NCBI GenBank assembly: GCA_965232515.1 | Contig: CBDDPY010000002.1 | Location: 2,848,001-2,912,000 of the forward strand | From: Alphaproteobacteria bacterium | Lineage (GTDB): Bacteria > Pseudomonadota > Alphaproteobacteria > GCA-2731375 | Direction of reading: 5' to 3' | Length of the DNA: 64,000 nucleotides | In this document: positions 35,922 through 45,700 of the stretch, one piece after another | How positions within the stretch are numbered: position 1 is the stretch's first letter | Layout: each line of letters starts with the position of its first letter | The notes under the pieces: model-generated | The model's database searches: none | Told to the model about the DNA's origin: nothing | Seen by the model: the letters and a program-made list of their open reading frames with translations, nothing else | Position numbers and translations under genes: made by a program

Positions 35922-37373
35922 GTGATGACGTTGAGTGGGGTTGCGGATCTGGCGGCGTTGGAGGCGCGCATCGCGCACGATCTGGCCGTCACCGCCTATC
36001 CGACGAAGCCGTGGCTGCGGCCGATGGCCGGCCCGGACGGCGCGCATGTCTACGATGTCGTCATTGTCGGCGCCGGACAGAGCGGGCTTGCCGCCGCCTT
36101 CGGCCTGCGCCGCGAGAAGGTCGAGAATGTGCTGGTGATCGATGCCGCGCCCGCCGGCCGCGAAGGCCCCTGGATGACCTTCGCCCGCATGCCGACGCTG
36201 CGCTCACCGAAATACCTGACTGGCATCGATCTGGGCGTGCCGAGCCTGACTTTTCGCGCCTGGTACGAGGCGCAGCATGGCGCCGCCGCCTGGGAGGCTT
36301 TGGGCAAGATTCCGACCGACATGTGGATGGCCTATCTGATGTGGTTCCGCCGCCTCTTGGACCTGCCGGTCGAGAACGACTGCCGGCTGGAGCGCACCGA
36401 GCCGGTCGACGGCATCTTCCGGCTGCACCTGACGCGCGCGGGTTTGCCGGACACGATCTATGCCCGCAAGGTGGTCTATTGCACCGGCCTCGACGGTACC
36501 GGCGAGTGGTATGTGCCAGACATCGTTCGCGACAACCTGCCGCCGGACCGCTTCCGGCACGCCGCCGACCCGGCGATCGACTTCGCCGCGCTGCGCGGCA
36601 AGACGGTGGCGGTGCTGGGCGCGGGCGCGTCGGCCTTCGACCAGGCCTCGGTGGCGCTGGAGCAGGGCGCCGCTGATGTGCATGTGTTTTCACGCCGTGA
36701 AACACTGAACCGGGTGCAGCCGTTCATCCATCTCGAGCTGGCGGGATTCCTGCGCAACTTCGCGGAGCTCACGCCCGAATGGCGCTGGCGGTTCATGAAC
36801 TATCTACTGCGCCAGCGCGAGCCCTGCCCGCCGGAGACCTGGGAGCGCGCGACCCGGCACGAGAACTTCCATCTGCATACCGGCGCGCCGTGGGACGCGG
36901 TTCGCATGGACGGCGACCGCATCCGCATCGAGACGCCGAAGGGCGTGACGGAGGCGGATTTCGTGATCTGCGGCACCGGCATCACGGTCGACATGAGCCT
37001 GCGGCCGGAACTGGCCGACATCGCCCCCCATGTCGCCACCTGGGCCGACCGCTATACGCCGCCGCCCGAGGAGGCCAATCCCTGGATCGCCTCCTACCCC
37101 TATCTCGACCCGGCCTGCGCGCTGACCGAGAAGGCGCCGGGTACCGCGCCCTGGCTGCGTCACCTGCACGTCTTCACCTTCGGCGCGACGCTCAGCATCG
37201 GCTTTTCCGGCGGCGGCATGAACGGCCTGAAATACAGCCTGCCCCGCCTGATCGGCGGCATCACCAAGGGCCTGTTCGAGGACGACGTCGAACAGCAATA
37301 CCAGGCCCTTCTGGACTACCAGGAGCCGCTGTTCGATCTGGGCAAGTGGGCCGATAAAGACGCGGCGGAATAG
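35922..37373 (+). CDS. FAD/NAD(P)-dependent monooxygenase (HpyO/urate hydroxylase-like)
   Basis: IVGAGQSG, EGPWMTFARMPTLRSPKYLTG.DLG.PSLTF, LGAGASAFD, VICGTG. Confidence 0.82.
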   Translation: MMTLSGVADLAALEARIAHDLAVTAYPTKPWLRPMAGPDGAHVYDVVIVGAGQSGLAAAFGLRREKVENVLVIDAAPAGREGPWMTFARMPTLRSPKYLTGIDLGVPSLTFRAWYEAQHGAAAWEALGKIPTDMWMAYLMWFRRLLDLPVENDCRLERTEPVDGIFRLHLTRAGLPDTIYARKVVYCTGLDGTGEWYVPDIVRDNLPPDRFRHAADPAIDFAALRGKTVAVLGAGASAFDQASVALEQGAADVHVFSRRETLNRVQPFIHLELAGFLRNFAELTPEWRWRFMNYLLRQREPCPPETWERATRHENFHLHTGAPWDAVRMDGDRIRIETPKGVTEADFVICGTGITVDMSLRPELADIAPHVATWADRYTPPPEEANPWIASYPYLDPACALTEKAPGTAPWLRHLHVFTFGATLSIGFSGGGMNGLKYSLPRLIGGITKGLFEDDVEQQYQALLDYQEPLFDLGKWADKDAAE

Positions 37374-37573
37374 CGCCGCCCGCTGCCCCCATCTCACTGT
37401 TGCAGATCGCGCGCGGCGACGCGGCCGGCGGATCGTTTCGGCCTGTTGAAGCGTATCTCAAGCGAATGTCATTTGCCTGCTGCACAGGGCGGTGGAACGA
37501 ATGACGCGTGGCAACCCATGCCATGCAAACCAGAAACCGTTCGCCAAGAAACGGGCAATTCGGGAGGGAGATC

Positions 37574-38398
37574 ATGCGCAACATGCAAGCGTTCGTCGCA
37601 GTGAGTCTGTTCGTCCCCGTTCTGTTCAGTCACGGCGTATCCGCGCAGACCGCCGACGTGACGGCGGGCGAGGCAACGGCGGCGGAGGTCTGTGCCGCCT
37701 GCCACGGCATCAACGGCATTTCGGTCAGCGACGACATTCCGAACCTGGCCGGCCAGAAAGGCAAGTATCTGACAGCACAGCTCAAGGCGTTTCGCGGCGG
37801 CGAGCGCAAGAACGCGTTGATGAACGCCATCGCCGGTCAGCTCGAGGATACCGACATCGAGAACGTCGCCGCGTTCTTCGCCGGCCTGCCGGCGAGTCCG
37901 GGCCAGGAAACGTCATCGCTGTTCCCCGAACTGGTGGGCGACCTGCTGAGCTTCCCGAAGGACTACAAGGACAGCTTCACCCACTACACGACGATCTCGT
38001 TTCCAAAGCGAAAGCAGGTGCGCCACTACTACGCCAACCCGGCGGCGCTGGCGGCGGCCAAGGCCGGCGGCACGTTTCCGAATGGATCGTATCTCTTCGT
38101 CGAGGTTTTCAAGGCCAAGTTCGATGCCGACGGCAAGCCGGTGACCGGCGTCGATGGGCATTTCGAGGCCGATAAACTGGCCGTCTACACGGCCATGGAG
38201 AAGCAGGCCGGTTGGGGCAACACGGCGCCCGAGATCCTGCGCAACGGCGACTGGCGCTATGCGGTCTTCGGCACGGATGGCGCCCACAAGACCGGGCTCA
38301 ACGAGGCAAAGTGCCTCGCCTGCCACAAGCCGCTTACCGGCCAGGACTATGTTTTCTCCATCGAGGCGCTGAAGCAGAAGGCCACCAGCGCCAACTGA
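37574..38398 (+). CDS. Diheme protein: class I (c4/c553-like) cytochrome fused to cytochrome P460/c'-beta domain
   Basis: GGAG RBS, signal peptide; CAACHG..PNLAGQ..LMNAIA; YANP..FPNGS..MEK..NGDWRYAVF..CLACH..DYVFS. Confidence 0.85.
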   Translation: MRNMQAFVAVSLFVPVLFSHGVSAQTADVTAGEATAAEVCAACHGINGISVSDDIPNLAGQKGKYLTAQLKAFRGGERKNALMNAIAGQLEDTDIENVAAFFAGLPASPGQETSSLFPELVGDLLSFPKDYKDSFTHYTTISFPKRKQVRHYYANPAALAAAKAGGTFPNGSYLFVEVFKAKFDADGKPVTGVDGHFEADKLAVYTAMEKQAGWGNTAPEILRNGDWRYAVFGTDGAHKTGLNEAKCLACHKPLTGQDYVFSIEALKQKATSAN

Positions 38399-38424
38399 CG
38401 GCGGTGGACGGCCGGGGGCTGGTC

Positions 38425-39108
38425 CTAGTTCGCCCGCGTCGGCGCCGTCTTCCAGCCGAGGCGCACGGCGGCGATGGCCTGCGCGACGGCGGCCTGGCTG
38501 GGGTCGATGACCGGCACGCCGAGACGGTCCTCGAGCCGGGTGCGGTAGCGGGCCATGCCGGCGCAGCCCATGATCAGCACGTCGGCGCCGAACTCGTCGA
38601 CGACGCGGCCGCCGACCTCGGCCATGCGCGCCTCGACCTTGTCTTCCTGATCGAGGCCGGTGACGCCGACGCCGATCGGCAGCTCGCCGGCGAAGCGATC
38701 GTCGAGACCCATCTGCCGGATGTAGCGCCGGTGCCGCGTCACCGAGGCCGGCAGGATGGCGATGATGCCGAAACGGTCGCCCAAATTGAGCGCCGTGGTC
38801 ATGGCGCATTCGGAAATGCCCAGCACCGGCCGCGCCGTCGTCTCGCGCGCCGAATGCAGGCCGGGATCGGAGAAGCAGGCGACCACGAAGGCGTCGGCCT
38901 GATTGTCCTCGCGCTTGATCAGGTCGCAGAGCGGATCGACGACGCCGTCGACATGGCGCTGGGTCTCGATGCCGGGCGGTCCCTCGGCGAGCGTCAGACA
39001 ATCGATCTCCGGCCCGTCGGCGAAACGCAGATCCGCCATCGCGTCATCGATGCCTTGCGTCACGGCCTCGGTCGAGTTCGGGTTGATAACGACGATACGC
39101 TGGCTCAT
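38425..39108 (-). CDS. Asp/Glu/hydantoin (allantoin) racemase family
   Basis: VINPNST, VACFSDPGL, GISE, IMGCAGM, GVPVIDP (two catalytic Cys). Confidence 0.9.
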   Translation of the reverse strand: MSQRIVVINPNSTEAVTQGIDDAMADLRFADGPEIDCLTLAEGPPGIETQRHVDGVVDPLCDLIKREDNQADAFVVACFSDPGLHSARETTARPVLGISECAMTTALNLGDRFGIIAILPASVTRHRRYIRQMGLDDRFAGELPIGVGVTGLDQEDKVEARMAEVGGRVVDEFGADVLIMGCAGMARYRTRLEDRLGVPVIDPSQAAVAQAIAAVRLGWKTAPTRAN

Positions 39109-39140
39109 GGCGCGTCCTTCTGGGGCGGCGGGTTCGTTGG

Positions 39141-40070
39141 TCATTCGGCCGGCGGCACGGCGGCGGTCTGGTCGACGATGATGCTGTAGTGCTCGGTGCG
39201 GCGGTGGTCGGCGAAGTTGAAGATCGTGTCCTTGATGTACTGGCCGCGGCTGAGATCGGCCTTGGCGGTAATGACCTCGTCACCGTCGGTGGTGGCCAGC
39301 GCCACCAGCTCGCCGGTCGGCGCGACGATGCAGGAGCCGGCCATCATGTGCACGCCCTCCTCCATGCCGGCCTTGGCTGTGCCGACGACCCAGGTGCCGT
39401 TCTGGTAAGCGCCGGCCTGCATGGACATGTGGTTGTGGAACATGCGCAGGTGCTCGGCCTCCTTGGCGACGGCGTTGCCGGTGGGCGTGTTGTAGCCGAG
39501 CATGACCAGCTCCACCCCGCGCAGGCCCATGCAGCGCCAGGTCTCGGGCCAGCGCCGGTCGTTGCAGATGCACATGCCCATGACGCCGCCCATGCTGCGC
39601 CAGACCGGGAAGCCGAGATCGCCGGGCTCGAAATAGCCCTTCTCCAGATGCTGCCAGGGCCGCTCGGGGTCGTATTCGGCATGGCCCGGCAGGTGCACCT
39701 TGCGGTACTTGCCGACGATCTCGCCGGCCTGGTCGACCAGGATGGCTGTGTTGAACCGGTGCTTGTCGGGCGTCATCTCGGCATAGCCGAGATAGAAGCC
39801 GACGCCGAGTTCCTTCGCCACCTCGAACAGCGGCTGGGTCTCGTTCGACGGCATCTCGCGCTCGTAGAAGTTATCGAGCTCCTCCTGGTCCTCGATCCAC
39901 CAGCGCGGAAAGAACGTGGTCAACGCCAGTTCCGGGAACACCACCAGCCGCGCGCCGCGGCCATGCGCCTCGCGCATGAGCGCGATCATGCGGTTGACGA
40001 CGCTCGTGCGGCTCTCGGCTCGCGCGATCGGGCCGAGCTGCGCCGCGGCCACGACGATCTCTCGGGACAT
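39141..40070 (-). CDS. N-carbamoyl-D-amino-acid hydrolase (nitrilase superfamily)
   Basis: AAAQLGPIAR, FPELALTTFFPRW, YRKVHLPGH, CICNDRRWPE, GYNTP. Start ATG 40070 with AGGAG RBS. Confidence 0.92.
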   Translation of the reverse strand: MSREIVVAAAQLGPIARAESRTSVVNRMIALMREAHGRGARLVVFPELALTTFFPRWWIEDQEELDNFYEREMPSNETQPLFEVAKELGVGFYLGYAEMTPDKHRFNTAILVDQAGEIVGKYRKVHLPGHAEYDPERPWQHLEKGYFEPGDLGFPVWRSMGGVMGMCICNDRRWPETWRCMGLRGVELVMLGYNTPTGNAVAKEAEHLRMFHNHMSMQAGAYQNGTWVVGTAKAGMEEGVHMMAGSCIVAPTGELVALATTDGDEVITAKADLSRGQYIKDTIFNFADHRRTEHYSIIVDQTAAVPPAE

Positions 40071-40158
40071 ACCTGCTCCTGTGGACCGGTTTTGAATTGG
40101 CGGGCGCGATGATAACATTTCGCCGCGCAACAAGAGCAACACCGAAGAGTCCCCATCC

Positions 40159-41088
40159 TTGGCTATTCTGATCCATTGCCCCTGGCCGAACGCGCAAGTC
40201 TGGCTGGACCGTCTGCGGGCGGCCCTGCCCGACGCGGAAATCTGCGTCTGGCCCGATCTGGGCGCACCCGGCGACATCGACTTCGCCATGGTCTGGCAGC
40301 TGCCGGCAGGCGTGCTGTCGACCCTGCCGAACCTCAAAGGCGTCTGCTCGCTGGGCGCCGGCGTCGACCACTTTCTCTCCGACCCCGATATGCCACGGCA
40401 TCTGCCGGTGGCACGGCTGGTCGACCCGCTGATGGCCGACCGGATGGCCGAATATGTCACCGGCCAGGTGCTGCGCTATCACCTGCGCAGCGACGACTAT
40501 GCCGCCCAGCAACGGCAGGGCGTCTGGGAGCGCCTGCCGCAAAAAGACGCACCGGCACGGACCGTCGGCATCCTCGGGCTGGGTCATCTGGGCACGGTCT
40601 GCGCAAAGCAGCTGTCGAGCCTGGGCTTCCGGACCTGCGGCTGGAGCCGGTCGGCGAAGCAGGTCGCGGGCTTGGAAACGTTCCATGACGCTGACGGCCT
40701 GGCGTCGATGCTACGACAGACCGAAATCCTGGTCTGCCTGCTGCCGCTGACGACAGAGACACGCGGCATCCTGAATGCCGAGACGTTCGCACAGATGCCG
40801 CGCGGCGCCGCGTTGATCAACGTGGCGCGTGGCGATCATCTGGTCGACGCCGACTTGCTGGCGGCGCTGACGTCGGGCCAGCTCCGCGGGGCGACACTGG
40901 ACGTGTTCCGCGACGAACCGTTGCCGGCGGCACACGCCTTCTGGCGGCACGATAAGATCTTGGTCACGCCGCATATCTCCAGCCTGTCGGAACCGGCCAC
41001 CGCCGCGGTCATTTTGGCCGAGCAGTATCACCGCTGCCGGCGCGGCGAGCCAATGCGGGATCTGGTGGATCTGTCCGCCGGCTATTGA
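40159..41088 (+). CDS. ghrA: Glyoxylate/hydroxypyruvate reductase A-like D-2-hydroxyacid dehydrogenase
   Basis: SLGAGVDH, RLVDP..MAEY, GILGLGHLG, GWSRS, INVARG, LDVF..EPL, TPHIS. Confidence 0.88.
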   Translation: MAILIHCPWPNAQVWLDRLRAALPDAEICVWPDLGAPGDIDFAMVWQLPAGVLSTLPNLKGVCSLGAGVDHFLSDPDMPRHLPVARLVDPLMADRMAEYVTGQVLRYHLRSDDYAAQQRQGVWERLPQKDAPARTVGILGLGHLGTVCAKQLSSLGFRTCGWSRSAKQVAGLETFHDADGLASMLRQTEILVCLLPLTTETRGILNAETFAQMPRGAALINVARGDHLVDADLLAALTSGQLRGATLDVFRDEPLPAAHAFWRHDKILVTPHISSLSEPATAAVILAEQYHRCRRGEPMRDLVDLSAGY

Positions 41089-41144
41089 CCACAGCGACCG
41101 CCGGCCGCTGGGACCGGCGCTGCAATGACCTTGGGAGGAGGCGC

Positions 41145-41345
41145 ATGAACAAGATTGACGACGACTTCGTGCGGGATCTGGCCCGCATGTGGCATGGACT
41201 GGAATTGTCCGATGCCGAGGCCGCCGGCATTCGGGCCATCCTGACGGCGCAGGAACCGATCGCCGAGACCGCGGCGAAGAAAATGAGCTTTGACGCCGAA
41301 CCCGCGGGCTTCATCAGCTTCCTGGAAACGGACGACAAATCATGA
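41145..41345 (+). CDS. Small 66-aa protein coupled to amidase (GatC/AtzG-like accessory subunit?)
   Basis: GGAGGAGG RBS, ATG 41145; DLARMWHGLELSD...FDAEPAGF; ATGA overlap with amidase. Confidence 0.7.
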   Translation: MNKIDDDFVRDLARMWHGLELSDAEAAGIRAILTAQEPIAETAAKKMSFDAEPAGFISFLETDDKS

Positions 41346-42763
41346 GCCGCGAGCTGGCCGAACTGAGCCTGGTCGAGGTCGCCGACCGCATCACTAGCCG
41401 CGACGTCTCCGCGGTCGAAGTCGCCCGCAACGCCATCGCCCGCATCGAAAAGCTCGAGCCGACGCTCAACGCCTTCATCTCGTTCGAGCCCGAGGCGGCG
41501 CTGGCCGACGCCGAGCGGGTCGATGCGGCGATCGGCCGCGGCGATGACGTCGGACCGCTCGCCGGCGTGCCGCTGGCGCACAAGGACATGTACTACCGGG
41601 CCGGCAAGGTCACGACCAGCGGCTCGAAGATCTCGAAGGGGTTCGTCGCCGACCACAATTCGACGGTCCTGCTGCGTCTGCAGTCAGCCGGCGCGCTGCA
41701 TCTCGGTGGCCTCAACATGTCGGAGTTCGTCACCGGGCCGACCGGCCACAATCTGCATTACGGCGACTGCCACAATCCCTGGAATCCGGATCACGCACCG
41801 GGCGGCTCGTCGAGCGGCTCCGGCGCGACGACGGCGGCGCGGCTGGTCTATGGCGCCATGGGCTCGGACACCGGCGGATCGATCCGGATCCCCGCCGCCA
41901 TGTGCGGCGTTGTCGGCCTGAAGCCGACGCAGACCCGGGTCACGCGCTACGGCGCGACGCCGCTTTGCTTCTCGTTCGATTGCTGCGGGCCACTGACCCG
42001 CACGGTGCGCGACGCCGCGCGCATGCTCGGCGTTATCGCCGGCCACGACCCGCACGACCCGACCTCGAGCCGGCGGCATATCGACGACTACGAGGCGGCC
42101 TGCGGCCAGGATGTCCGCGGCCTGCGCGTCGGCGTGCCGACCAGCTACTACAACGAGGATCTGGATCCGGCCGTGGCGGCGATGATGGACGCGAGCCGCA
42201 AGACCTTCACCGACCTCGGCTGCGAGCTGGTCGAGGTGGACATGCCCGACCACGACACCATCAACACGCTGTGGAACGTGATCCTGTCGTCGGAGGCCGC
42301 CGCCATCCATCGCCGCTGGCTCTGCGACCGCCGTGACGATTATGCGCCGCAAGTGCGCCGGCGGCTGGAGGTGGGGCTGTTCCAACCGGCGACGCGCTAT
42401 ATCGAAGCGCTGACGCTGCGCACCGGCATCGCGCAGGCTTTCGTCGACGACGTGCTCGGCGCCTGCGACGTCCTGCATATCCCGACCATGCCGATGCCGG
42501 CGCCGCGCCTCGACGAGATCGCCGTCGGCGACGACGACGATATGCCGGCGGTAATCCTGCGGGTTTCCGGCATGACGCGGCCGATCAGCTTTCTCGGTTT
42601 GCCGTCGCTCAGCATGCTCGGCGGTTTCAGCGATGCCGGCATGCCCGCCTGCTTCCAGCTCGTGGGCCGGCCGTTCGCCGAGATGACGCTGTGCCGGCTC
42701 GGCGACGCCTTCCAACAGGCGACGGACTGGCACACCCGCCTGCCAGATCTGGCTGACTTCTAG
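41342..42763 (+). CDS. Amidase-signature family enzyme
   Basis: [28 protein letters not shown] (Ser-cisSer-Lys). Confidence 0.93.
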   Translation: MSRELAELSLVEVADRITSRDVSAVEVARNAIARIEKLEPTLNAFISFEPEAALADAERVDAAIGRGDDVGPLAGVPLAHKDMYYRAGKVTTSGSKISKGFVADHNSTVLLRLQSAGALHLGGLNMSEFVTGPTGHNLHYGDCHNPWNPDHAPGGSSSGSGATTAARLVYGAMGSDTGGSIRIPAAMCGVVGLKPTQTRVTRYGATPLCFSFDCCGPLTRTVRDAARMLGVIAGHDPHDPTSSRRHIDDYEAACGQDVRGLRVGVPTSYYNEDLDPAVAAMMDASRKTFTDLGCELVEVDMPDHDTINTLWNVILSSEAAAIHRRWLCDRRDDYAPQVRRRLEVGLFQPATRYIEALTLRTGIAQAFVDDVLGACDVLHIPTMPMPAPRLDEIAVGDDDDMPAVILRVSGMTRPISFLGLPSLSMLGGFSDAGMPACFQLVGRPFAEMTLCRLGDAFQQATDWHTRLPDLADF

Positions 42764-42864
42764 CAGTCGCGGAAATTTGTCCGACGCGCCTCTGGCGGGC
42801 GCGTCATCGTTCGATTATATACCAATCAGTCCAAAACTATCGACCGACAGGAGAAATCGCACCG

Positions 42865-43380
42865 ATGTCGACAAAAATTCATCCCGGAGACGCCATGCCG
42901 CAATTCGAACTGCCCGCCGTGGGCGGCGGCGACGTGCAGATCGGCGGCGACGGCCGCTGGCAGCTGGTGGTCGTCTATCGCGGCAAACATTGCCCGATCT
43001 GCAAGCGCTATCTCGGCGGTCTGAACGAGATGAAGGACGACTTCGCCAAGCTGAACACCGACATCGTCGCAATCTCGGCCGACCCGCAGGAGAAGGCCGA
43101 GCCGGATGTCGCCGAGATGGGTATCGACCTGCCCGTCGGATACGGCTTGAGCGTCGACCAGATGCGGTCGCTCGGCCTCTACATCTCCCAGCCCTATGCC
43201 GAGACCGAGACCGACAGGGAATTCGCCGAGCCCGGCCTGTTCGTGGTCAATCCCGAGGGCAAGGTGCAGATCATCGACGTCTCCAACGCGCCCTTCAGCC
43301 GGCCCGACCTCGCCGGCATCGCCCGCGGCATCGGCGTGATCCAGGAACGCAACTACCCGATCCGCGGCACGCTTGCCTGA
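42865..43380 (+). CDS. AhpC/TSA peroxiredoxin-like protein
   Basis: YRGKHCPICKRYL, AISAD, FAEPGLFVVN, NAPFSRP. Confidence 0.88.
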   Translation: MSTKIHPGDAMPQFELPAVGGGDVQIGGDGRWQLVVVYRGKHCPICKRYLGGLNEMKDDFAKLNTDIVAISADPQEKAEPDVAEMGIDLPVGYGLSVDQMRSLGLYISQPYAETETDREFAEPGLFVVNPEGKVQIIDVSNAPFSRPDLAGIARGIGVIQERNYPIRGTLA

Positions 43381-43414
43381 CACCAGACGGCACCCATAAG
43401 AGACCTATAGCCGA

Positions 43415-43520
43415 CCCTTCGAGACGGCCGCTGCGCGGCCTCCTCAGGGTGAGGCAGGCAATTGATATCAGGGGCCAGCCTCATGTTGAGGAGGACCCGC
43501 AGGGGCCGTCTCGAAACATG
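43415..43520. repeat. Alphaproteobacterial intergenic palindromic repeat (second family)
   Basis: CCTTCGAGACGGCC..CCTCCTCAGGGTGAGG and inverted CCTCATGTTGAGGAGG..GGCCGTCTCGAA. Confidence 0.8.
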
Positions 43521-43628
43521 CGATATCGGTTACGACCATCGCGACCGTGACGGCGGGGCCTTGGCCCCGCCGTTGGTTTGCGCCACCATGCCGGCCGATA
43601 AACAAACAATTGTTCGGAGGGTTGCGTC

Positions 43629-45578
43629 ATGGCGGGGGAGATTGTCTGGCGGCCGGATGCGGAGACCATCGCCAACAGCCGGCTGACGGCGTTCCTGAAG
43701 CATGTCGGCTTGGCCGACTATGACGCGCTGGTGGCGAAAGCGGACGCCGAGCCGGCATGGTTCTGGGACACCGTCATCAAGTGGCTCGACGTCCGCTTCG
43801 AGCGTCCCTATGACACCGTGCTCGACCTGTCGGACGGCCTGCCCTGGCCGAAATGGTGCGTCGGCGGCACGACGAATTTCACGCTGAACTGCCTGGACCG
43901 GCATCGCGGCACGCCGGTCGAGGACGCGACGGCCATCGTCTGGGAGTCCGAGACCGGCGAGACCCGTGCCTGGAGCTATCGCGAGCTCGACGCCGAGGCC
44001 TGCCGGCTCGCCGAAGGCCTCAAGCAGCTGGGCCTGGGCCCAGGCGACGCCATCGGCATCTACATGCCGATGCTGCCGGAGACGGCGGCGGCCTTTTTCG
44101 CCATCGCCCGCATCGGCGGCGTCGCCGTGCCGTTGTTTTCCGGCTTCGGCGCTGAGGCGATCGCAACGCGGCTGAACGACGCCAGCGCGAAGGCGGTGAT
44201 CTGCGCCGACGGCACCCGGCGGCGCGGCGCCGATGTACCGTTAAAGCCGGTGCTGGACCAGGCCGCGGCCGAGGTGCCAACGCTCCAGCATGTCGTCGTG
44301 CTGCGCTCGCGCGGCAACGACCTCGACTGGCATGAGGGGCGCGACCGCTGGTGGCACGACGTGGTCGCCGGCCAGCCCGACCGCGGCGATCCGGAGATCG
44401 TGCCCGCGGAGACGCCGGTGCTGCTGGTCTTTACCTCGGGCACGACCGGCAAGCCCAAGGGCACGGTCGGCACCCATTGCGGCTTCCCGATCAAGATCGC
44501 CATCGACTTCACGCTCTGCCTCGACTTCAAGGCCAGTGACCGGCTGATGTGGCTGACCGACTTCGGTTGGGTGGTTGGGCCGATGATCACCGTCGCCGTG
44601 ACCATGGCCGGCGGCAGCCTGCTGATGGCCGAAGGCGTGCCGGACTATCCCGAAAAGGGGCGCATGTGGAAGCTCGCCCAGGACCACGACGTCACCGTTC
44701 TGGGCACGGCGCCGACCTCGATCCGCACGCTGATGCGCAACGGCGTCGAAGAAGTCGAGAAGTACGACCTGTCGTCGTTGCGCACGATCGTCTCGACCGG
44801 CGAACCCTGGACCGACGAGGCCTGGGCCTGGTGCTTCGAGAATGTCGGCAAAGGCCGCATCCCGCTGCTGAACTGGACCGGCGGCACCGAGATCGGCGGC
44901 GGCATCCTCTGCGGCACCATGCACCACGCACTGAAGTCCTGCGCCTTCGGCGGCCCGGTGCCGGGCATGGGCGCCGACATCGTCGATGAGCAGGGCCGGT
45001 CGGTACCATCAGGCCAGGTCGGCGAGCTTGTGCTGCGCCGCCCCTCGATCGGCCTCAGCCGTGGCGTCTGGCAGGACCGCGAGCGCTACCTTGAGACCTA
45101 CTGGTCGATGTTCGGCGACATGTGGCGGCAGGGCGACTGGGCCTCGCGCGACGACGACGGCATGTGGTACGTGCACGGCCGCTCGGACGACACGCTGAAG
45201 CTCGCCGGCAAGCGCACCGGCCCGGCCGAGATCGAGGGCCTGGTGATGGCGACCGGCAAGGTCTCGGAGACCGCCGCCATTGGCATCCCCGATCCGATCG
45301 CCGGCCAGGCGGTCATGTGCGTCTGCGTGCCGGCGCCGGGCGTCGCCGTGGACGCGGCGCTTGAGGCGGAAATCGCGGATGCCGTCGCCGCCGGCTTGGG
45401 CAAGCCGTTCCGACCGAAACGCCTGCTGTTCGTCGACGACCTGCCGAAGACCCGCAACATGAAGATCCTGCGCCGCGTCGTCCGCGCCGTCGTTCAGGGC
45501 GACGCGCCGGGCGACCTGACCGCCCTGGTCAACCCCGAAGCCATCGATGCCTTGCGGGAAAAAGCCCGCGCGTCATAG
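43629..45578 (+). CDS. Acetyl-CoA synthetase-like AMP-binding enzyme
   Basis: PLFSGFG, FTSGTTGKPKG, STGEPW, GGTEIGG, GRSDDT, LPKTRNMKILRR. Confidence 0.92.
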   Translation: MAGEIVWRPDAETIANSRLTAFLKHVGLADYDALVAKADAEPAWFWDTVIKWLDVRFERPYDTVLDLSDGLPWPKWCVGGTTNFTLNCLDRHRGTPVEDATAIVWESETGETRAWSYRELDAEACRLAEGLKQLGLGPGDAIGIYMPMLPETAAAFFAIARIGGVAVPLFSGFGAEAIATRLNDASAKAVICADGTRRRGADVPLKPVLDQAAAEVPTLQHVVVLRSRGNDLDWHEGRDRWWHDVVAGQPDRGDPEIVPAETPVLLVFTSGTTGKPKGTVGTHCGFPIKIAIDFTLCLDFKASDRLMWLTDFGWVVGPMITVAVTMAGGSLLMAEGVPDYPEKGRMWKLAQDHDVTVLGTAPTSIRTLMRNGVEEVEKYDLSSLRTIVSTGEPWTDEAWAWCFENVGKGRIPLLNWTGGTEIGGGILCGTMHHALKSCAFGGPVPGMGADIVDEQGRSVPSGQVGELVLRRPSIGLSRGVWQDRERYLETYWSMFGDMWRQGDWASRDDDGMWYVHGRSDDTLKLAGKRTGPAEIEGLVMATGKVSETAAIGIPDPIAGQAVMCVCVPAPGVAVDAALEAEIADAVAAGLGKPFRPKRLLFVDDLPKTRNMKILRRVVRAVVQGDAPGDLTALVNPEAIDALREKARAS

Positions 45579-45599
45579 GCGTCCACTTCCAAAGAGTTT

Positions 45600-45688
45600 T
45601 CACCACGAAGACGCAAAGACACCAAGGTCAGACGTCAGGATCGCCGGATATCCTGCGTGATCTTTGTGTCTTTGCGTCTTTGTGGTGA
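45600..45688. repeat. 27-bp imperfect inverted-repeat element (third family) between convergent genes
   Basis: TCACCACGAAGACGCAAAGACACCAAG (45600-45626) versus the reverse complement of 45662-45688: 25/27 match. Confidence 0.85.
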
Positions 45689-45700
45689 TTCTACTCTGAC

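Noticed and set aside
42865-43380. Second selenoprotein candidate (AhpC/TSA)
   Set aside because: The CxxC is encoded by TGC codons; no in-frame TGA.
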